A stretch of 64,000 bases of DNA from an uncultured Gemmatimonadaceae bacterium. GTDB taxonomy: Bacteria; Gemmatimonadota; Gemmatimonadetes; Gemmatimonadales; Gemmatimonadaceae. Of this stretch, positions 60,388 through 64,000 are shown piece by piece. The stretch is taken from assembly GCA_963822945.1 (NCBI GenBank), contig CAWGJO010000027.1:160001-224000 (forward strand). The letters are read 5' to 3'. Position numbers and translations under genes: made by a program. The stretch's first letter is position 1. Each line of letters begins with the position of its first letter. Under the pieces are notes generated by a model. It saw only the letters and a list, made by a program, of their open reading frames with translations, made no database searches and was not told where the DNA came from.

Positions 60388-62343
60388 ATGTCGCCGAAGC
60401 AGAAACGTACACCTCCGATTGCAGCCTCCGAGCACGCCCAGGCTGACTTCCCCCTCATCCCTGGGCAGGGACAGGTCGATGCGTTTTACCGGGAAGCGTT
60501 CGACCTGTCACCCGATGGCCGGATGCTCGTCGACGCCGAAACCTTGCGTCCCATGCTGTTCAACGATTCGGCGTGCCGGCAATTCGGATACTCGCGCGAC
60601 GAGTTCGCCGGGCTGACCCTCACCCACCATGCGCCGCCCGGCATGGAGCACGTGCCGCGGGAGCACGCCCGTCGCATGCTCGACGTGGGCATGTCCGAGT
60701 TCGACATCGTCGTCCGCACCAAGGCCGGCGAGGACCGGATTCTGCATGTCTGGGCCCGATTGGTCGACTTCGGCGACCGGCCCGCCTTCTATGCCGTCCA
60801 GCGCGACGTCACCGAAGACCGCCGGGTGCATGAGGAGGTCCGCCTCCAGAGCGCAGCCCTCGACGCCGCCGTGGACGCCGTGGTGATCACCGACGCCACG
60901 GGCACCATCGAGTGGGTCAACCCGGCATTCGGCAGGCTCACCGGCTATTCCGCCGCGGAGGCCGTCGGTCGGAACCCCCGCGAGCTCCTGCGCTCGGGCA
61001 GGCATTCGCGGGAGTTCTATGCCGAAATGTGGACCACCATTCTGTCGGGCCGTCCCTGGCACGGCGAGGTCGTGAACCGCCGCAAGAACGGCACCGAGTA
61101 CACCGAAGAGCAGACCATCACCCCGATCGTGGACGCCGGGGGCAGGATCACGCATTTCGTCGCCATCAAGCGCGATGCCACCGAACGGCTGGTGCTGCAG
61201 GCACGCCTCCGCCAGTCGCAGAAGATGGAGACGGTCGGGCAGCTGGCCAGCGGCATTGCGCACGACTTCAACAATCTGCTCGCGGTGATCATCGGCCTCG
61301 GAGAGCTGGTCGCGGGCGACCTGGCCGAGGTCGATCCCATTCGGGGCGACATCATGCAGATGCTCGACGCGGCCCAGAGCGCGGCCACCCTCACCAAGCA
61401 GCTGCTCGCCTTCAGCCGTCAGCAGCTCCTCAGCCCCGTCGTGCTCAACTTCAATTCGGTGCTCTCCACGTCGGAGCGGCTCCTGCGCCGGTTGCTGCGC
61501 GACGACATCGAGTTCGTCGTCGCGCCGGCACCCGATCTCGGCAACGTGAACGTAGATGCGAGCCAGATGACGCAGGTGATCATCAACCTGGCCGTCAACG
61601 CCCGGGATGCCATGCCGGATGGTGGCCGGCTCAGCATCAGCACGCAGAACGTCACCATCGATGCCGAATACGCCGCCCAGGCCGAGGCGGACGTGCCGCT
61701 GGGCGAGTACGTCCGCATTGCCGTGACCGACACGGGCATCGGCATGGACGCCGCCACGCGGCGGCGCGTGTTCGAGCCCTTCTTCACCACCAAGGCCGCG
61801 GGAAAGGGTACCGGCCTGGGGCTTGCCACGGTCTACGGAATCGTGAAGCAGAGCAAGGGCTTCATCTGGGTCTACAGCGAGCCGGGCCAGGGAACGCGAT
61901 TCCACATCTACCTGCCGATCGTGGACGACGCAGCCGGCGTGGTGGCCCCCCGGCTGGCCGGATCCACCGCGCGCGGAACCGAGACGATCCTGCTCGTCGA
62001 GGACAACCGGAGTCTCTTCGATCTCACCAAGCGTCTGCTCGAGTCGGGCGGCTTCGCCGTGATCGGCGCAACCTCGGGAGCCGAAGCACTACGCCTGATC
62101 GAACGCCAGGAACAGCCCATCCACCTGCTGCTCACCGACGTCGTGATGCCGGGAATGAGCGGACCGCAGATCGCCAGGGACGCCGCGCGCGCGCTGCCCG
62201 CGCTCAAGGTGCTGTACATGTCGGGCTACACGGACGACGACGTCGTGCGCCACGGCGTGCTGGATTCGAGCATCGCGTTCATCAACAAGCCATTCACACG
62301 AGACGCCCTGCTCCTGAAGATCCGGGAAGTCCTGGACTATTAG
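60388..62343 (+). CDS. Hybrid sensor kinase PAS-PAS-HisKA-HATPase-REC
   Basis: QKMETVGQLASGIAHDFNN; GKGTGLGLATVYG; C-terminal REC. Confidence 0.92.
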   Translation: MSPKQKRTPPIAASEHAQADFPLIPGQGQVDAFYREAFDLSPDGRMLVDAETLRPMLFNDSACRQFGYSRDEFAGLTLTHHAPPGMEHVPREHARRMLDVGMSEFDIVVRTKAGEDRILHVWARLVDFGDRPAFYAVQRDVTEDRRVHEEVRLQSAALDAAVDAVVITDATGTIEWVNPAFGRLTGYSAAEAVGRNPRELLRSGRHSREFYAEMWTTILSGRPWHGEVVNRRKNGTEYTEEQTITPIVDAGGRITHFVAIKRDATERLVLQARLRQSQKMETVGQLASGIAHDFNNLLAVIIGLGELVAGDLAEVDPIRGDIMQMLDAAQSAATLTKQLLAFSRQQLLSPVVLNFNSVLSTSERLLRRLLRDDIEFVVAPAPDLGNVNVDASQMTQVIINLAVNARDAMPDGGRLSISTQNVTIDAEYAAQAEADVPLGEYVRIAVTDTGIGMDAATRRRVFEPFFTTKAAGKGTGLGLATVYGIVKQSKGFIWVYSEPGQGTRFHIYLPIVDDAAGVVAPRLAGSTARGTETILLVEDNRSLFDLTKRLLESGGFAVIGATSGAEALRLIERQEQPIHLLLTDVVMPGMSGPQIARDAARALPALKVLYMSGYTDDDVVRHGVLDSSIAFINKPFTRDALLLKIREVLDY

Positions 62344-63089
62344 CGACGGCGTTTCCGCATCGCCGGCGTGACCCGACGGTTCGCGGCATCATTCCGCGCG
62401 CTCAGCGGCGCCTTGTTCGATCGCACCGGCACCGCCAGCCGCCAGAACTGCCGTTCGCCGATCACCGTCACCTTGTGCCCCAGCGCTGCCAGCCGGCGCA
62501 CCTGATGCGCCGCGATCCCGAAATCGCCGAGCTTGAGCCGCTCGCCCGTGCAGACGAACACGTTGAACGGCGTGAGATCGCGGTGCAGGGCCTGTCCGCG
62601 GTGCAGCGTGTCGAGCGCGCCGAGTATTGCCGCGATCTCCCGCCGCACGAATCGCTCGGACTGCGCTCCGTGCTCGCCGAGCCACGCGCCGAGGTCCCCG
62701 TGCTCGGCGTACTCCATGGCCAGGCAGTACAGCATCTGGCCGCCGTCGAGAGTCACGAAGCGATCGTAGACGCGAAGGGCGCGCGCCTCGCGAGCCAGGA
62801 GGTCGGCGAAGTACGCCTCGCGCAGCCACCCGGCTATGCGATCGCTGATCTTCACGCACACCTGGGCCGGCGTCGTGTGCCCGGCGCTCGTCGTGGCGAG
62901 ATACACCTCGCCGAACCCGCCCTTCCCGATCAGCCGGTCGAGGCGGTAGGTGCGTCCCGATTCCGGACTGTACATGCTCGCCGCTGGGGGTGCTGCGGAA
63001 CCGACCGGCGATGCCGCCGGAGTGCCGCCGCTGTGTTCGCGCGTCGGGCGGGTGCGTCGCGTGGCACGTGGGGCGTGCTGGGTTGGCAT
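62340..63089 (-). pseudogene. Ser/Thr protein kinase truncated after the DFG motif (probable internal deletion)
   Basis: IGKGGFGEVY, VCVK, MEY, HRDLTPFN, LGDFG; no APE or subdomains IX-XI follow. Confidence 0.65.
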
Positions 63090-63153
63090 ACGGACTCCGG
63101 CTGGGACGTCTTTCATACTATACAGAGACTTCACCTCCCATGGGGAGCGGCCC

Positions 63154-63180
63154 GGTCGATTCGGGTCTTGTCTCGGCGTC
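63154..63180 (+). promoter_or_regulatory. Candidate ECF42-type autoregulatory promoter
   Basis: GGTCGA-N17-CGTC upstream of the YciI/ECF pair. Confidence 0.4.
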
Positions 63181-63221
63181 ATGGATGTGAAAGGATTTCA
63201 CCCACGACGCCAGGAGGCCCC

Positions 63222-63599
63222 GTGCGCTACACGTTGTTCCTTCACTATCCGGAGATGACCCCGGCCGACATCGGCGAGGCCGCGATCGAGGCCGGCAAGC
63301 AGGCGTTCCACCATTACGCCAAGGCCCTGGAGGACGCCGGCGTGCTCGTCTCCGCCGAAGTGCTTCAGCCGTCCGCAACCACGACCACGGTCGCGCTGCG
63401 CGATGGAAAGCTCCGCATCCAGGACGGTCCCTACGCCGACACCAAGGAACAGGTCGGTGGAACCTTCGTCATCGATGTCCCCGATATCGACGCGGCGCTT
63501 GCCTGGGCCGAGAAGTGCCCCGCGGCGACGTGGGGTGCGATCGAGGTCCGGCCGTCGGCGGTCCGATTCGTCAACGGGACCTGGATCGCCACCTCGTGA
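63222..63599 (+). CDS. YciI/DGPF-family protein
   Basis: AGGAGG SD; DGPYADTKEQVGG; IEVRP. Confidence 0.88.
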   Translation: MRYTLFLHYPEMTPADIGEAAIEAGKQAFHHYAKALEDAGVLVSAEVLQPSATTTTVALRDGKLRIQDGPYADTKEQVGGTFVIDVPDIDAALAWAEKCPAATWGAIEVRPSAVRFVNGTWIATS

Positions 63600-64000
63600 C
63601 CGACGACGAGGCGCGGGGGCTGGCCCGCCACCACGTGGAGCTGGTGGCCCGCGCCTCGTACGGGCGGCTGCTCGCCATCCTCGCCGCGCGCACCGGCGAG
63701 ATCGAGATGGCGGAAGACGTGCTGGCCGACGCGTTCGCGAAGGCGCTCGACACGTGGCCCACATCGGGCGTGCCCGACAACGCCGAAGGGTGGCTGCTCA
63801 CGGTGGCGCGCAATCGACACCGCGACACACGACGGTCATATGCGCGTCATCCCCTCGTTTCACTCGCCGACGCGTCGCCGGCGCCGGCCGCCGATCCGAC
63901 CGACGATCTCGATCCCGACGCGATTCCCGACCGCCGGCTCGCCCTGCTGTTCGTCTGCGCGCATCCCGCCATCGATGCCGGCGTGCGCATGCCTCTCATG
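63596..64000 (+). CDS. ECF sigma factor, ECF42-like (partial)
   Basis: SYGRLLAILA...AEDVLADAF..AL.TWP..GVPDNAEGWLLTVARN; IPDRRLALLFVCAHPAI; follows a DGPF gene. Confidence 0.85.
   Translation, partial: MTDDEARGLARHHVELVARASYGRLLAILAARTGEIEMAEDVLADAFAKALDTWPTSGVPDNAEGWLLTVARNRHRDTRRSYARHPLVSLADASPAPAADPTDDLDPDAIPDRRLALLFVCAHPAIDAGVRMPLM

Noticed and set aside
60912..63599. 895-aa plus-strand ORF ending in a YciI domain
   Set aside because: Only the last 125 aa (GTG 63222 with AGGAGG) are credible; the rest is an off-frame overlap of the kinase genes

Overview
High-GC bacterial DNA (gene content and protein style suggest Gemmatimonadota, which is an inference) carrying an essentially complete single-locus flagellar system. 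The minus strand runs from a sigma54-dependent response regulator (35.9 kb) through flgBC, an unknown ORF, fliEFGHIJ, a MotE-like gene, fliK, flgDE, fliLMN, a fused fliO-fliP, fliQR, flhBAFG, fliA, a small ORF, flgFGAHIJNK, csrA, motAB and two EAL-HDOD genes, and ends in an LPP20-like lipoprotein plus a secreted FlgT_N-like protein that runs off the left edge. The plus strand carries flgL-fliW-fliC-fliD-fliS-fliT-flgM and a chemotaxis cluster (cheY, cheZ-like, cheA, cheW, mcp, cheR, cheD, cheY-like, cheX, cheB). These are followed by several PAS/GAF histidine kinases, an internally deleted Ser/Thr kinase and a YciI/ECF42 sigma pair. The most striking feature is a FliK hook-length ruler with an embedded, apparently intact M15-type zinc peptidoglycan peptidase, in a locus whose FlgJ lacks its muramidase domain. 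Other notable features are a sigma28-driven candidate H-ring/basal-disk gene pair, a back-to-back sigma28 promoter firing antisense into a c-di-GMP phosphodiesterase gene, an active plus degenerate EAL-HDOD pair and a Walker-A-degenerate FlhG. Small frameshifts in motB, flgK, flgI, flgE, cheA, mcp, cheR, cheD and the second cheY-like gene look like sequencing errors. All family assignments come from motif recognition, not database searches.
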